Source of the DNA: the human T2T-CHM13v2.0 reference genome, Homo sapiens
NCBI RefSeq assembly: GCF_009914755.1
Contig: NC_060928.1
Strand: one strand, 5' to 3'
DNA: 64,000 bases
Shown: positions 42,449 to 56,288 of the stretch, one piece after another
How the letters are laid out: every line of letters begins with the position of its first letter
Numbering within the stretch: position 1 is the first letter of the stretch
Notes under the pieces: generated by a model
The model's database searches: none
What the model was told of the DNA's origin: nothing
The model's input: the letters and a program-made list of their open reading frames with translations, nothing else
Program-made: the position numbers and the translations under genes

Positions 42449-43008
42449 CAAGACATACTCAAACTTTCGTGATTCACCCTTATCTCAGTAATTTTTTCAT
42501 AGCATTCTTAGACTAAAAGAAATACCTCCATTTACTAAGTAGGTTCAAACAACGTAAGTATTTATGTCCTGACAACTTAGTAATCATTTGAAAAATACAC
42601 TCCATTTAAAGAAAAAAATTACATTTTATTTCATACTTAAGCGGCCATGATTGTTTACTAATGAGACATGTATGCCTGCTGGGCATTGCATAATTCCTCA
42701 AGCATCAAAATCAGATTGGATATCACCACCCTCATTTCATGCTCCACATTATTTTCTTAGTGGTACTGTCTTGTATCACAGTAATTGTTGAAAATTCACC
42801 TTTGAAAAGAAAGGACATCATCAAAAGGAAAGAAAGATAATTAAAGGAATGTAAATATTAAAACTGTGAACCACTTTGAGATAGTCATTTTGACAGTGTC
42901 TGACAAATGTTCACTGTGCGTCCCTCAATTTTTACAAAAAAATCTGTGGTGTCCCTGTGAATTCACTACGGCACCCTGGGTGACTTAGCTCATAGTTTGG
43001 GAACTATG
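42449..43008 (-). mobile_element. MER119-like hAT-Charlie element
   Basis: aagtatttatgtcctgacaacttagt, atcagattggatatcaccaccctcattt, ccctgtgaattcactacggcaccc...agtttgggaac. Confidence 0.75.
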
Positions 43009-43737
43009 GGTTTTAACATTAATCTGTAATGAGAAACACTGAAGGTTTTTGAGCAGGGGAATGAACTAGTCAAACAATGTGATAGGCTTATTGAAGATTG
43101 GAATGCAGATTAGGTTGAAAACAAAGGAAGGCTGAAGAAGGGAGACTCAGAGTAAGGTATTTAATTATGCTAAAATATGTTTATGATAATTATTCTTTAG
43201 TATGTGTGAAACATGCTTATAAATGGAGTGCCTTTGAGTTGATTGGCAAAAGTAGGGATGCTACATTAATGACAGCAAAAAAAAAAATTCTGAATGTAAG
43301 CATTGTCTTGGGTTACAGAATATGACTTACTACACATAGGAAATGTTAAAATGTAAATAATATTGCAAATCCATTATTATTCTGAAAGCACAAGAAGATC
43401 CAGAGCTCAACATTCTGAAGCCCTCCTTCCTGGAGTAGACATTTGCTAAATGAGGTAGGCAACACAACATGCTCCATTTAAAATAGTGCCTCGAAAGCCA
43501 ATGTCATCGAGGGTGTAGAAAGATTACCAAATTTCTACTTCTCTGTATAGTGGTCTTTTTATGAGAAATCATTTGCTCTAATATTGGAAGAATGCTTCAG
43601 ATGCAAGGTTTAAGGGAGGGGGTTCTTGGAGGGAATAGGGAATGATTGTCATTTGCTTGATTTTCAGGGGAAATTTGAGGTTTAGGAAATTTATATAAAA
43701 GGAGTTTTAGAAGCATAGTACTAAAATTAAATACTCT

Positions 43738-44119
43738 TGTATTAGTCCATTCTCACACTGTTATAAAGAACTACTTGAAATTGGGAGATTTATAAAGAAA
43801 AGAGGTTTAATTGACCACAGTTCCACAAGCTGTACCAGAAGCATGGCTGGAGAAGCCTCAGGAAACTTAAAATCACAATGGAAGGCAAAGGGAAAACAGG
43901 CACATCTTATATGGCCAGAGAAGGAGGAATAGAGAGCAGGGGGAGATGCTACACCGTTTTAAACAACCAGATCTCATGTGAACTCAGTCATTATCACAAG
44001 AATAGCAAGGGGGAATCCACTCCCATGATCCAATCACCTCCCAGCAGGCCCCTCCTTCAACACTGGGGTTCACAATTCGACATAAGATTTGGGCAGGGAC
44101 AAAAATCCAAACCATATCA
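43738..44119 (-). mobile_element. MSTA-like MaLR solo LTR
   Basis: tgtattagtccattctcac ... atccaaaccatatca; TSD actct/attct. Confidence 0.88.
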
Positions 44120-44393
44120 ATTCTCTACCAATAAGATATTCTTCTATAATCTGTAGCCAAAAATACCTTCTAATAAGGATAGTAAAGAATTATTTCCTAA
44201 AGACAAAAAATAAAAATCAATTTTTCCCCCCAAAGAAAACAGAGGACCAAGATTCAGGAGACCTGGTTCTAGAGACAGCTCTGGAACTAATATGCTATAT
44301 TATCTTAGACAAGTAACTTCATTTTTTTTAGTGCCATGCCTTTACTTATAAAATAAGATAAAATAAATAAAATTTAAAAATTTGTGCTTGATC

Positions 44394-44673
44394 CAGAGGT
44401 TACACACTGCTCCAGGCTAGATATGGTATGCAAATAAATGCATTTTGGCCCACTGTGGTTTTATTTTTCTAATTTGAATTAATTTTCAATGCTAAAAAGA
44501 ATGTTCACATACAACTCTAGTTACCTGTATAGCTTCTTTTGAACAGTCACCCTATATTTTCCCACAGCAATCAGCAAGACCTGGATCACTGTTGCCCTTT
44601 TTGGTGGAGTCATACACTATAAATGAATCCTAAACAGCTCTGTTTATTTATGATTTGAGTTTATAAGTCCTGA
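44394..44673. mobile_element. MER102-like hAT MITE, opposite orientation to the 37.2 kb copy
   Basis: cagaggttacacact...ttttggcccac...aatttgaattaatt...atttgagttt. Confidence 0.5.
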
Positions 44674-44690
44674 TCTACATGATTCTTTTT

Positions 44691-44992
44691 ATTTTTACTT
44701 AGTTATTTAATTTTTGAGACAGAGTCTCACTCCGTCACCCAAGCTGGAATGAAGTAGATCTCACTTCAGTGCAACCTCTGCCTCCCAAGTTCAAGCAATT
44801 CTCATGCCTCAGCCTCCCAAGTAACTGGGACTACAGGCGCGTGCCACCACACCCGACTAATTTTGTAGTTTTGGTAGAGATGGGGTTTCACCATGTTGGC
44901 CAGGCTGGTCCCAAACTCCTGGCCTCAAGTGATCCACCCGCCTCGGCCTCCCAAAGTGCTGGGATTACAGGCATGAGGCACTGCACCCAGCC
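44691..44992 (-). mobile_element. AluS (Sz-like)
   Basis: Antisense Alu; TSD tctacatgattcttttt at 44674-44690 and 44993-45009. Confidence 0.95.
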
Positions 44993-45005
44993 TCTACATG
45001 ATTCT

Positions 45006-45390
45006 TTTTATGGTTTGAATGTACTCCCAGGTTCATGAGTTGGAAACTTAAGCCCCAGTGCAACAGTTTTGAGAGGTAGGGCCTAATAAGAGGTGATTAG
45101 GTCATGAGCGTAGCACCCTAATTAATGGATTAACGTCATTATCTCAAGAGTGGGTTAATTATCTCCAGAGTGGGCTTTTTGTAAAAGTTAGGCTTTCTCT
45201 TGTTCTCTTGCTCTCTTGCAGTCTCTTGCCCTTCCACTAGGGGATGACACAGCAAAAAGGCCCTCACAAGATGCAAACTACTTGACCTTGGACTTCTCAA
45301 TTACTAGAATTACAACAAATGAATTTCTTATTATTATATATTACTCAGTCTGTGGTATTCTGTTATAACATCATAAAATGGAAGAAGAAA
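45006..45390 (+). mobile_element. MSTD-like MaLR LTR
   Basis: tatggtttgaatgt...gttggaaacttaa...aggtgattaggtcatgag...aaggccctcacaagatgc...ctcagtctgtggtattctgttata. Confidence 0.8.
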
Positions 45391-45401
45391 ATTCCTAAGC
45401 T

Positions 45402-45691
45402 GGCCAGGCACAGTGACTCATGCCTCTAATCCCAGTACTTTGGGAGGCCATGGCGGGCAGGTCTGTTGAGCTCAGGAGTTGAAGACCAGTCTAGGGAACA
45501 TGGTGAAACCCCATCTCTACGAAAAATACAAACAATCAGCAGGAGATGGTGGTGTGCCTGTAGTCCCAGCTACTACGGAGGCTGTAGTAGGAGGATCACG
45601 TCAGCCCAGGAGGCAGAGGTTGCAGTGAGCCAAGATCGTGCCACTGCACTCCTGCCTGAGCGAGAGAGTGAGACTCCATCTCAGAAAAAAG
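45402..45691 (+). mobile_element. AluJ (Jb-like)
   Basis: gagctcaggagtt and gaggatcac J-type features; TSD gaagaaaattcctaagct at 45384-45401 and 45692-45709. Confidence 0.93.
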
Positions 45692-46249
45692 GAAGAAAAT
45701 TCCTAAGCTCCTAAAATGTCTGAATATTCTGAATATACACCAAAAAGGATGGAATATGATTAGATGTGTAATTTATTCTATTATTTTCATTGTATATCAT
45801 TGCTTTACAAGTTATTTACTATAAAATATAATCTTTATGATTATATATATGATTTTGCTGTAAGCAAACACATGTTTTGGAAATATGATGAATTATATGT
45901 ATATAAGTAAATGAAATACACAGAACACATTTTATCAGATAAGGAAACTTAAGTGATGTGCTGCTGGATCATACGTATCTTCACAGCAGATTCACTGAAA
46001 CCATCCAATGCCGCATATATTTCATATAGTGCTCTGAATCCATAATGTTAAATATGAGATGGATGGTGTCTAAGCTATAAACTACAAGAAGAAAATATTT
46101 TTAATGAATATTTTAATAAATCATCAATAAACCATTAGCTAACTGGCCACTAAAATGCAGTATACACAATTAAAACATTAGAAGACATTTTCAAAGAAAA
46201 AAGTCTTCAATTTACATGTCTCAAGCTAGTTATTTCTACTTTTTAACTT

Positions 46250-46800
46250 TTCTTCCAGGATATGTCCATATGGACTTGGATTTATAGTTGTGATAATCTT
46301 GTATGCAAAATTTTGCTTTTCACTTTTTGCCATTTAATCTGAATCATAAACACTTTTCCATGTTGAACCATTTTCATAATTTTTACTTAATGACACTATA
46401 ATATGACATCAACTGGCTATACTGTAACTTAATTATTCTCATGTTAATAGTATTAATTTCATTCTAAACTTTCCATTATAATCATTGCTGTAATGAGCTT
46501 CTTTATATTCATAGATTTTTTTTATTCTTTCGAAGAGTTTCCTTGGAGTCTATTCCCAAGAGTGGAATTACAGAGTCAATGAATATAAACTTTTCTATGG
46601 TTTATGATATATAGTACCAAGTGTTTTCCAAGAGGTATGAGAATACACATTTAATGTACCAGCTTTATTGGGAACCTGCCAGCATCAAGCTATTATCATT
46701 TTTAATGTTTATGCTCATTTAAAAGTTGTTAAAATTGCCCCATTATTGTTTAAATTTGCATTCCTTTGAATATTAGTAATACCAAAAATTGTAATATGGG
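46250..46800 (-). mobile_element. Diverged L1ME-type fragment
   Basis: tattcccaagagtggaattacagagtcaatgaatat, ttgtttaaatttgcattcctttgaatattagt. Confidence 0.5.
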
Positions 46801-47621
46801 ACTTCATATACTAGATCAAACAATTAGATAATCAGTTTTCCTTTTCCTAAATAGAGAGAAGTGAAATGCCCTCATAATGAATCTTAACACCATGAGGATG
46901 CTGGAAAAAGAGAAAGAGATTGAGAAAGAATTTCCTCAGTTTATTCCAACTTGGACTAAGATAAGCATAATCATTTGTTATGAAATCACCTATCCACATG
47001 GAATTATTTTTCTAGAGGTGACTCCCATAATGGGGCATTCTAATATTCCAAATATACTCAAAGGTTAAATAACCTTTTGCTACATTATATTTTCATGTAG
47101 CTCTGAAATAGTACTTTATACTTGAATTATAGAAAATTAGATGCATTTAAATTTTCTTTGTATGGCTGCCTTGAATAAAAAAACAGTATTTTTAATTGAT
47201 TGGGTTCACAATAACTAGGAAACATTTCAGAAAATTCAAATGCAGCTTCAACTTTAGAATAGCAACTAAACCCAGACTATTTGGCTGTGAGGGTTACTAA
47301 AGATGAGATATTTTCAACTGCCTCCAGCGAAGTCCACACTTCCTGCTTTTTTCTCCATGTGCTGTTGCAGATAGATGTCTCTTAAGCTATTTATCCGGTT
47401 AATTGCAGCTACGTATAACATCCCCCTGATTTCAACTATCAGTAGTTTATGAGAAGAGTTTATTTCACCAAATGGATTAGTCATGCTAAAGACTCCTTGT
47501 AGATGCCCCTAAATTATTTTTCTGTACAGTTTGCTTTAACCAAAACAATAAATATAATATGTGTAAGAAAAATGTTATGAAATTGAGTTCCAGAGTTGAA
47601 TAAAATAACTATCCAAGTATT

Positions 47622-47909
<288 letters not shown>

Positions 47910-47919
47910 CTATCCAAGT

Positions 47920-48248
47920 ATTAATATTAGTTATTAATATTAATAAGTTATTAAAACTTATTAGTTATTAAAAGATTAATAAATATTTTACTGTAAAATA
48001 TTAATTAGCTATTAAATATAGTATAAAATTAGTATAATAATATATATTTATCTTATATTTAAATTATATTTTTATTTTTATATAATTTTTATTAACATTT
48101 AAATAAATATAATCATACAATATTTATTATATAACATTATATAATAAATATAAGGAATAAATAAAAATACAGTATAAAATTATTATAATAAAATGTTAAT
48201 TAGTTATTAAAACTTAATAGTTATTAATATTAGTTATTAAAACTTATT
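47920..48248. repeat. Extremely AT-rich low-complexity tract
   Basis: Recurrent tattagttattaa and aaata(t/c)agtataaaatta units; very few G/C. Confidence 0.85.
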
Positions 48249-48579
48249 CCCCATTCTTTTTCTTTAAAATAATGATTTAAAATGAACCAATAATAAATAT
48301 TTCTTTATAATGTTGAAAATGAGGTAATTTTCTTCACTAAGTATATCATTTGCAAAAATTGTTTTTCAGTTTTGTTTCACCAGACTTATATTTTAGCAAA
48401 TAAAATTTAACTGCATATTGGGAGAATTGTCAGTTACAATAAAGCTAGTTCCTATGATTTTTGTACTATGGATTATGGTTTCTAGAAAAGTCAGCCCAAT
48501 AAGTATTTTACATTCCTTTTGAAGAATATTACCCCAAAAATGTAATCTAATCAGGATCCATTTCATCAAGTAACATTAT

Positions 48580-50700
48580 AGTTAAAAACTAAAAATATTA
48601 AAGGAGTAATCCAGGACAACACATAATGTATGTTTACTGAAGAAGGAAGGAAGGAAGGTAGGAAAGGAAAAATGAGTATTTCAATAAATAAAATTTTTAT
48701 GTGATAGGTTAAATTAATAAGTCAAATTTTAAAATATAGTACTATCTGAGAGGCTGAAAATGTTTTGCCTTTTGATTAAAAAGGAAAATTAGTTAAGTTT
48801 GGAATAAAATGAGTTATCCTTAATGTAATCAATACAACATAACACAAAAAATTACCCAATGTCAAATACCAAGGATATTCCCATTTACACTGGAAAGAAG
48901 TTAAGATTGTTGTCTATCAAACTAAAAACTAATATTGACCTGAAATTTCTTTCTAGTGCCAAAAATAAACAAAAGAAACAGCTAATACATATATACATAT
49001 GTATTCAATTGGAAAATAAAGATCAAAATTATAATTTTATTATTTGTTTGCCTAGAAAACTTAAAAGAACCAACTATAAAACTTTTAGATTTAATTTAAA
49101 AAATTCAACAAAGCAGCTGGATAAAAATACAGAGATTTCAATACTTTTACTATTCATATTACAATGAGGAGTAACAAACAGTTTTAAGACTCCCATTCAC
49201 TCACAATAACAAAATATGTGAAATAAGAAAACATAATCTTGACCTGAAGGATGTACATATAAAGAAAATTTTAAAACCTCTTACTATAAAAGAATTTTTA
49301 AAGACTAAAATAAATGAAGACACATTCCTAAGTGAAAGCCAACAGTCTAGATATATTAATTATCTCAAATAATATTCAGATTAAATAAGTTATAATCAAT
49401 AATTATTAGTAAATAGCAACAAAATAAATTATGAAATATTTCATGCCTGAAAATAATTCCACAATTCATAAGGAAGAATAAACAGGCAAATTTTTGAAAA
49501 AGAAAATTTTAAAAATATGAGACCATAACTCTATTCAATATTCAAATGTGTTATAGAACCACAATTACGAATTTGCTATGGTTCAAGGCTAGACATGTTT
49601 CATTGAAACAGAATACAAAGCTTATATAAGGTGCATTTAACAAATAATGAAAGGATTATCACAAATTAGTAGGAAAGGAGTGGGTTATTTGATAAATGAT
49701 ATTGTAATAATTAGCTATTTTGGATGAAAAATAAAAACAAAGGAATCACTCACTTACCATCATCCACCAAAATTAATTCCAAAGAATTAAAAATATAAAC
49801 ATGAAATGGAAAATCGTAATATTCTAGGAGAAAATGTAGGTAAATATTTTTCTGATTTCTGGTTGGAGAAAGAAATTCTAAGGATAAAATCAATGGGGAA
49901 AACCCATAAAGGAAAGGAAAGAGATATTTACTTAACTATGTAAATATTAAAAGTGTCTGTATATCAAAAAAGCATAAAAAAACTAAAAGACGGAAAACAA
50001 AGTCAAATATATCAAAATAATAGATAATTAATATATAAAATTCTTCTGAGAATTATTGAGAAAATCCCTAAATACCAAGAGAAAAATAAAACAATAAATG
50101 TACATACAGGTCAGAGTAAACAAATTATTATAAATAATAAATTTTTAAAATTTATCTTCATTAATAATTAAATAACTGCAACTTAAAACAACTGTGAAAT
50201 TTTATATTTTACCTATCAAATTTCCAAAAATGTGTCAACTGTTAAGTAAAATGTAAGAAAAAACTCACACGTTGCTATAAAGAGTATAAATTGGCACAAC
50301 CTGCCTAAAAAGCAAATCCTAAATATGCATCAAACATTGTAAAAACACTCATATTTTTTGAAGTTCTTTCTCTGGAAATCTAGCCAAAGAAATAATTACA
50401 GATATGAACAACGATGTATATATTAAAATGCCATTTTGCACATCTATTTTACAATATTTATAACAGCAAACTATTGGAAATAAAAAAATTCAACAATACA
50501 GAAATAATCTGATAATCCACTTACATAAAAAGTCATTTGTATGCATATATGTGCACACATATATATGTATACATATATTCATTTTTCTAATTTCTATAAT
50601 ATATATGCATAAATATACGGAAAAATATTGAATGAAGGTATTAAAAAGTCGACTTTTTTTAAAGTTCTAACATGTATTGTCTTAATAATCAAAAAAGCAA
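48580..50700 (+). mobile_element. Highly diverged L1M (ORF2 3' half to 3'UTR)
   Basis: A-rich sense L1 motifs cctagaaaac, cccattcac, aaaattaattccaaag, ctaggagaaaatgtagg, gagtataaattggcacaacc. Confidence 0.6.
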
Positions 50701-53700
50701 AAAACATTTAAAACAGAAATTTTTAATTTGATGCTATTTATTCATTTTAGAGCATACTCATACATAATTACATTAAGAAAGCAATCACTTACCTGTTCTG
50801 AACAGTTAAGAACTGATAGTATCTTAGAATGTATGAAAGTAATATTTTTCTAAGCAGCTTGATGAAAAGCCTATGTTGTTATTTTAAATTTGGGAATTAG
50901 TTGATATATAATTTCCTCTCATTTTTGTGCCCTTTAGATTTCCTTCCATATCAGAATACTTGAATTGTTCTATCACTTATCTATATTTCTTCATTCTTTG
51001 GTGTCTACATCATTAAAATGAGATAGGATTTGACAACAAGCTTATAATCAATTAGATCACCACTTTGCTGCTGGACATGGAGCAAGAACTGTTGCAGAAA
51101 ATGCAGTTCATTGACTGGCAAAAAATTTTAGAGGTCTTCTCTTGTTTACCTTTAAACTTTCAATTACAAAATCAAATTAAAGTTTTTTTAGTATTTTAAA
51201 ATTAAACCTTTACATCCCAAATAGACTGACATCATATTGCTACTTATCTCTAAAGCAATTTTATCTGAAGCTTTTCTTTTTCACAAATATGAATAACTGT
51301 ATACTTTTTCTAGCAATAAGATATATACTACTTAAGTTTTGGAACAAATAAGCCTTTCAGTATCCAAATTACTTAATTGTCTTTCCCATTTGACCTTTCA
51401 TCACATCAGCAGAATCAAACAGGAAAAATCAAAGGACCTCCACAACCCTAAACTTAAAAGCATCAGGAAACAGATTTTATGCAAAATATTTCCCTGAGGC
51501 TAAAGGATGAGATCACATAGTCTTCCTTTGGTTTCTTAGCAGCTTAATTCTTTGCCTTGGCACTTTCTGATAAAATAGCACTCAGACTATAAATGATAAT
51601 ACTCTATAGAGTGATAAATTGGAGTGAGCTTGTCCATTAAACCACAAGATAGTGTGCATTTATGAAGTTAATGACAAATGATCTCTTTCTGTGTCAATGC
51701 ATTACTTAATTCACTATAATTATTGATCCCTAAAAGCTATTCTTTGTGCTAAAGTGCTTTAGTCAAAGTGCCTTAATAGAAAGTTCATTAGTGACCTCAT
51801 AAAATGGCACACACAAGCTAAAGAAAAATAATTAGAGGAGTTAAGTCACATAGAGCAACAACATGAATATGACATACACCATTGGAAATATTTCAATAGA
51901 AATAACATATGAACAAGTAGTATAAAGAGCAGTCTAAAGCTTGCAGACACTGGGTTCTGTCCAAAGTGGAATCCAACTCAGATTTCCTGCAGGGATACTG
52001 CAGTGATCAATCATATAGCAGACATCAGAAAGTGGAAAAACAAAGGTAATATGTTAAAACACATTTTTAGTAGACCTCAGACCAAGACCTATAAATCTAC
52101 AAATATTGAATTTAGAGGGGAAGACTATGTCCCTGTATAGTACAGTAATTATTATTTATCTAATAAGGTATATGGCATGCTCAGGTGTCCATAAATCATT
52201 TGATGTTTGTTTCATTTGTACCATAAGTAGCTTATAGGAGTACTTGGGATATGGCTGATGTCAAAGAGAAGAAATACTACTGCAGCTAGACACGGAAAAG
52301 TTATACTGTATTCCTTTGCTAAAGGAACAGTATTCATCTTTATGATTCACCTCTATGATTAGGAACAAGTTCCAATCAGCAGTTGGAATTAGATAAATTA
52401 GAGATGATGTAACTTGAAATTTTATACTAAAAAACCCTTATTCTAACAAACAATATGGCTTAGTAAGCATTACGAAACAAATTCAAATTCTAGTTGTTCT
52501 AAATTTACTCTAGAATATTTTTAGTAGGTAATATAACAATAGAGACAAATTCAATTAATCATTTTATATGTGAGAAAGTCTTACAATCACATCTCAGAGA
52601 TAACATACACAATCAGTAGATTATGCATCAATTATTTTCTAATAATTAATAATTCATTTGATATCATAGCTTAAGTATTTATCCCCAAGTTCTTTTATTG
52701 TTCTTTTACTATACTTCTGCCTTCTTGTGAGGGCATTCCTTGGAGATCTGTTTTAAAGCTATTATGAGAAAGATTAGAAGGAAATACATTATAGAAGGCA
52801 CATGTTGAACAATATCATGTGTCTAAGAAAGAGGTCAAATAGATTGATGAGCCCTTTTAAAAGGACACTTAGAAAAATGACCACAGATCGGCTGATTTTT
52901 GCAATGCCGTCTGTTGCAATTATTTTTTACCCACTTTTGAAAAAGAACTCTCATGACATCTAATGCTATGACAACTCTAGTGCTGTGACTTGCTTTTGAA
53001 AAAAAGTTTGTTATAAGTCAATATTAAAGCAGTGAGAAACACATCTTGAAATGTTCTTAGGTATATTTAATATTCAGATTTAAGTTTCTTATTATTTTAT
53101 CTATGCATTTTAGGAGATGAGAAAAATTCTATTCTCCTGAATCAAAAGCCAATGACTAAAGCTCAAATCTCAAATCTAACCTAACATCCAGGTTCCAGGT
53201 TGGGAGAGTACCCAATTGGTGGTGGGAAAATGAAGATTAATTTTCAGCCAGTGCTTTTTACAAATGGCAGTTCCACATAGGCAGCATTATTCCCAAGACA
53301 AAATGAATTATATTTTTCCTTCTTACTACTGCATATAGGCCTCGGGCTGTATGTCTTCTTTTAATATTTTTCCATTCATATTATGTTTCATGAAAAATTT
53401 CCATCTGGTCTCTCCAGTGTAATACTTGGGGATGTGAGATATAAAGATATTTAGGGCATAAGAACAGGATAGTTCACAGTGTGATTGGTCTCAGGCCTCA
53501 AATATTGTCTCAGATAACCATGTAAAGCATACTTGATTGCAAATCTACATATTCCTTTCTTATTCTGCATTTTAAAAAATTCTTTCATACAGTAGTTTCC
53601 TTATAGTTTCAAAGGAAGTATGTGTTTTCCCTTGCAATTTAGTCAGGATACTACGGGAAGAGAAAAAAAAGATGTTAATAAGAAGCAGTAATATATTATT

Positions 53701-54377
53701 TTTTAAATCAAACTAAAATACTACCCAGGAATTTTATAAGATTCTGCTGCCCTATGGAGCTTGTGGCACTTACAGGGGTGAAGATTCATCGTCATCTCTG
53801 ATTTTAGTACCCCACTCGATAATTTCATTTTATTATTCTCTTCATCCCTCTTCAAGGCTCTTCAATCTTTCCAGTTTTTATTTTCAGCGTTTTTCTTCAG
53901 CATCAAAACCTTAGTGAAATAAAACCTGACTGTGGAATCATTATAGGATTTGCCGGCAGTGGGATTGTTAAGATCGTATGAGCATCTCCTTCATCTCTGT
54001 TATATCTTCGTTCTTTTAAGGGCATAACATAAAACTAATATCATGCCTTTTGTGGGAAGAAATATTTTTCTGTATGTTCTAAAACAGGAGCAAGAGAAAT
54101 CACACAGCACTAAATCCTGAAATTTTTAGATCAAAGATAGCACAGATAAATAAAAGATGGCTACAATGTCTACAAGGTTAATCACTGACTATGCGCACAG
54201 ATTATAATTTTTCATTTATAGAGATGATAGTAATTTAAACAAACCAACTACTGTACCCAAAAATATGGCACATAAGGACTAATGGAATCACTAGAGCCAG
54301 GGAATAAAAAGATACTTACAGTTCCTAAACATTTCATGGCTTCACCTCATAGATAAGGAAAATTTAAAAAGAAGACA

Positions 54378-54555
54378 CAGGAATTTAAACTTCAGAGTGC
54401 ACAGAAATCACTTAAGGTGAGAGGTAAAACTATAGTTCCCTCACGCTCCTATCAAAGATTCTAATTTAATACGTCTAGGCATAATGTGGGGGAATTTGCT
54501 TTTTAGCAAATGTTCTAAATGATTCTGATTTAGAGACTCTGTTTGAGAAACACTT
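54378..54555. mobile_element. MER5-type hAT MITE within a MIR remnant
   Basis: aaacttcagagtgcacagaaatcactt...agattctaattta...tgattctgat...gtttgagaaacact. Confidence 0.55.
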
Positions 54556-55519
54556 AAATGAATGGGTAGAACTCAGGGCCCTTGACTCCAAGTTCAATAT
54601 TGTTTCTGTTACCCTACAAGATTTCTGACTTTTATGGATTTTTTAAACTCACTTTTAAACAAGGTGCTTTAAACCTGATACCTAAGTTGAACACATTAAA
54701 ATTCCTAACTGACCATTGAGTTTTGACCATCACTTACAGAAATCAGTAACTAGAAACTTCATTCTCTCTTCCACCTTGGCTCCATCCATTTAGTTACACA
54801 GCTGTCACTTTGACTATTTCCATATTATCGTGGTTCTGGCTACAGAGTGGAATGACTAAGATCTGATTGGTGGTTACTAATCACAAATATAGCTGGAGAC
54901 TCCAAAAGTGACTTGGACTAGAACAGAACCTCTAACTAGTGGTGAGTTTATAAGGATAACACTACCTTGAACAAGAACTGCCCTGAGAACATATGAGAGA
55001 CTGGCAGCATTTGATTTAACATCATTAAATGTACTCTGGTAAAAAAATAAAAAATAAAAAAAAACTGTACCTCACTGAAACTGGAAATTATTTTTAAAAT
55101 GGAAAATCATTAAAATACTTTACCTCCTGTGAAACTTAGATAATAAAACCACAACAAAATAGAATCTGGAGTGACACATCAAATGTATGAAACAATTTTC
55201 CCATGAAGAGGAAAAAATAAACCTCCCCACCTTCAACCAGCTTCATACTTTACCTCCTAGAGGCACAGTCCCTGCATGTTCTACCTTAATCAATTAGAAA
55301 AACAACCACATCTAAAATTATGTCAAGTGTAGGAAATGTAGAAAGTTTCTTTTACTTTCAGAGTGAGAGAGAAAGCAGAGTTATTTAGCTAGGGATAATT
55401 ATCAGCTTTTTGACATTTAAACACAGAGCTTTTAATTCTTTAATTATCTGCTATGTATTTAAAATACCACACCTCCAAAAATAAGTTTCTTTTCACAAGA
55501 ATGAGAATAGCTTGTCCAA

Positions 55520-55670
55520 AGGAATTAAAGGACCAGAATTGAAGCCTTCATTCTACCACTAACTTGAACCTCCAAAAGCCTCAGTTGCTTCACCTGTATA
55601 ATAATATGTGGAATCATCTAAGAGTTCAATGAGATTAAATTATAAAAGCATTTGCAAAGCATAAAGTCAT
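55520..55670 (+). mobile_element. MIR fragment
   Basis: gcctcagttgcttcacctgtata...gagattaaat...aaagcatttgcaaa. Confidence 0.5.
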
Positions 55671-55908
55671 CTTCTTACATCCCATCTATATTTTAATTTT
55701 CTAGTTATGGAATCTACTTCAGTTTTTTAAAGTTTCTAATATAATTATAAGGCATTGTCAAATTTTTTAAAGGTTCAAACTACCCCACTAAATACACTGA
55801 ACTGTGCATCATGGGACCCTGCCATCAGTGCTCCCATTGTCCTATAGTACAAAGTCACAGTGAAACACCCTGGAGCATTTTAGAAAAAGACCACTTCAAT
55901 TTGGTTAT

Positions 55909-56288
55909 TGTCTTAGTCCATTTTGTGTTGCTATAACAGAATACCAAACACTGAATAATGTATAAAGAAAAGAAATTTACTTCTCACAGTTCTGGAGGCT
56001 GGGAAGTCTAATATCAAGATGCCAGATCTGATGGGGGCCTTCTTGCTGAGACATTCCATGATACTAGGTGAGAGGATAAGAGAGAGAGAGCAAGAGGGGC
56101 CAAACTTGTTTTTATAATAAACCCACTGCCACAATAAGGAACCCACTCCAGAGATAATGAAATTAATGCATTCATGAAAGCAGAACCCTCATGACCTTCT
56201 GAAAGGTCCCACCTCTCAACACTGTTATATTAAGGATTAAGTTTCCTTAATACACATGAACTTTGGGGGACACATTCAAACCATAGGA
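55909..56288 (-). mobile_element. MSTD-like MaLR solo LTR
   Basis: tgtcttagtccattttgtgttgctataacagaatacc ... cacattcaaaccatagga; perfect TSD gttat at 55904-55908 and 56289-56293. Confidence 0.9.
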
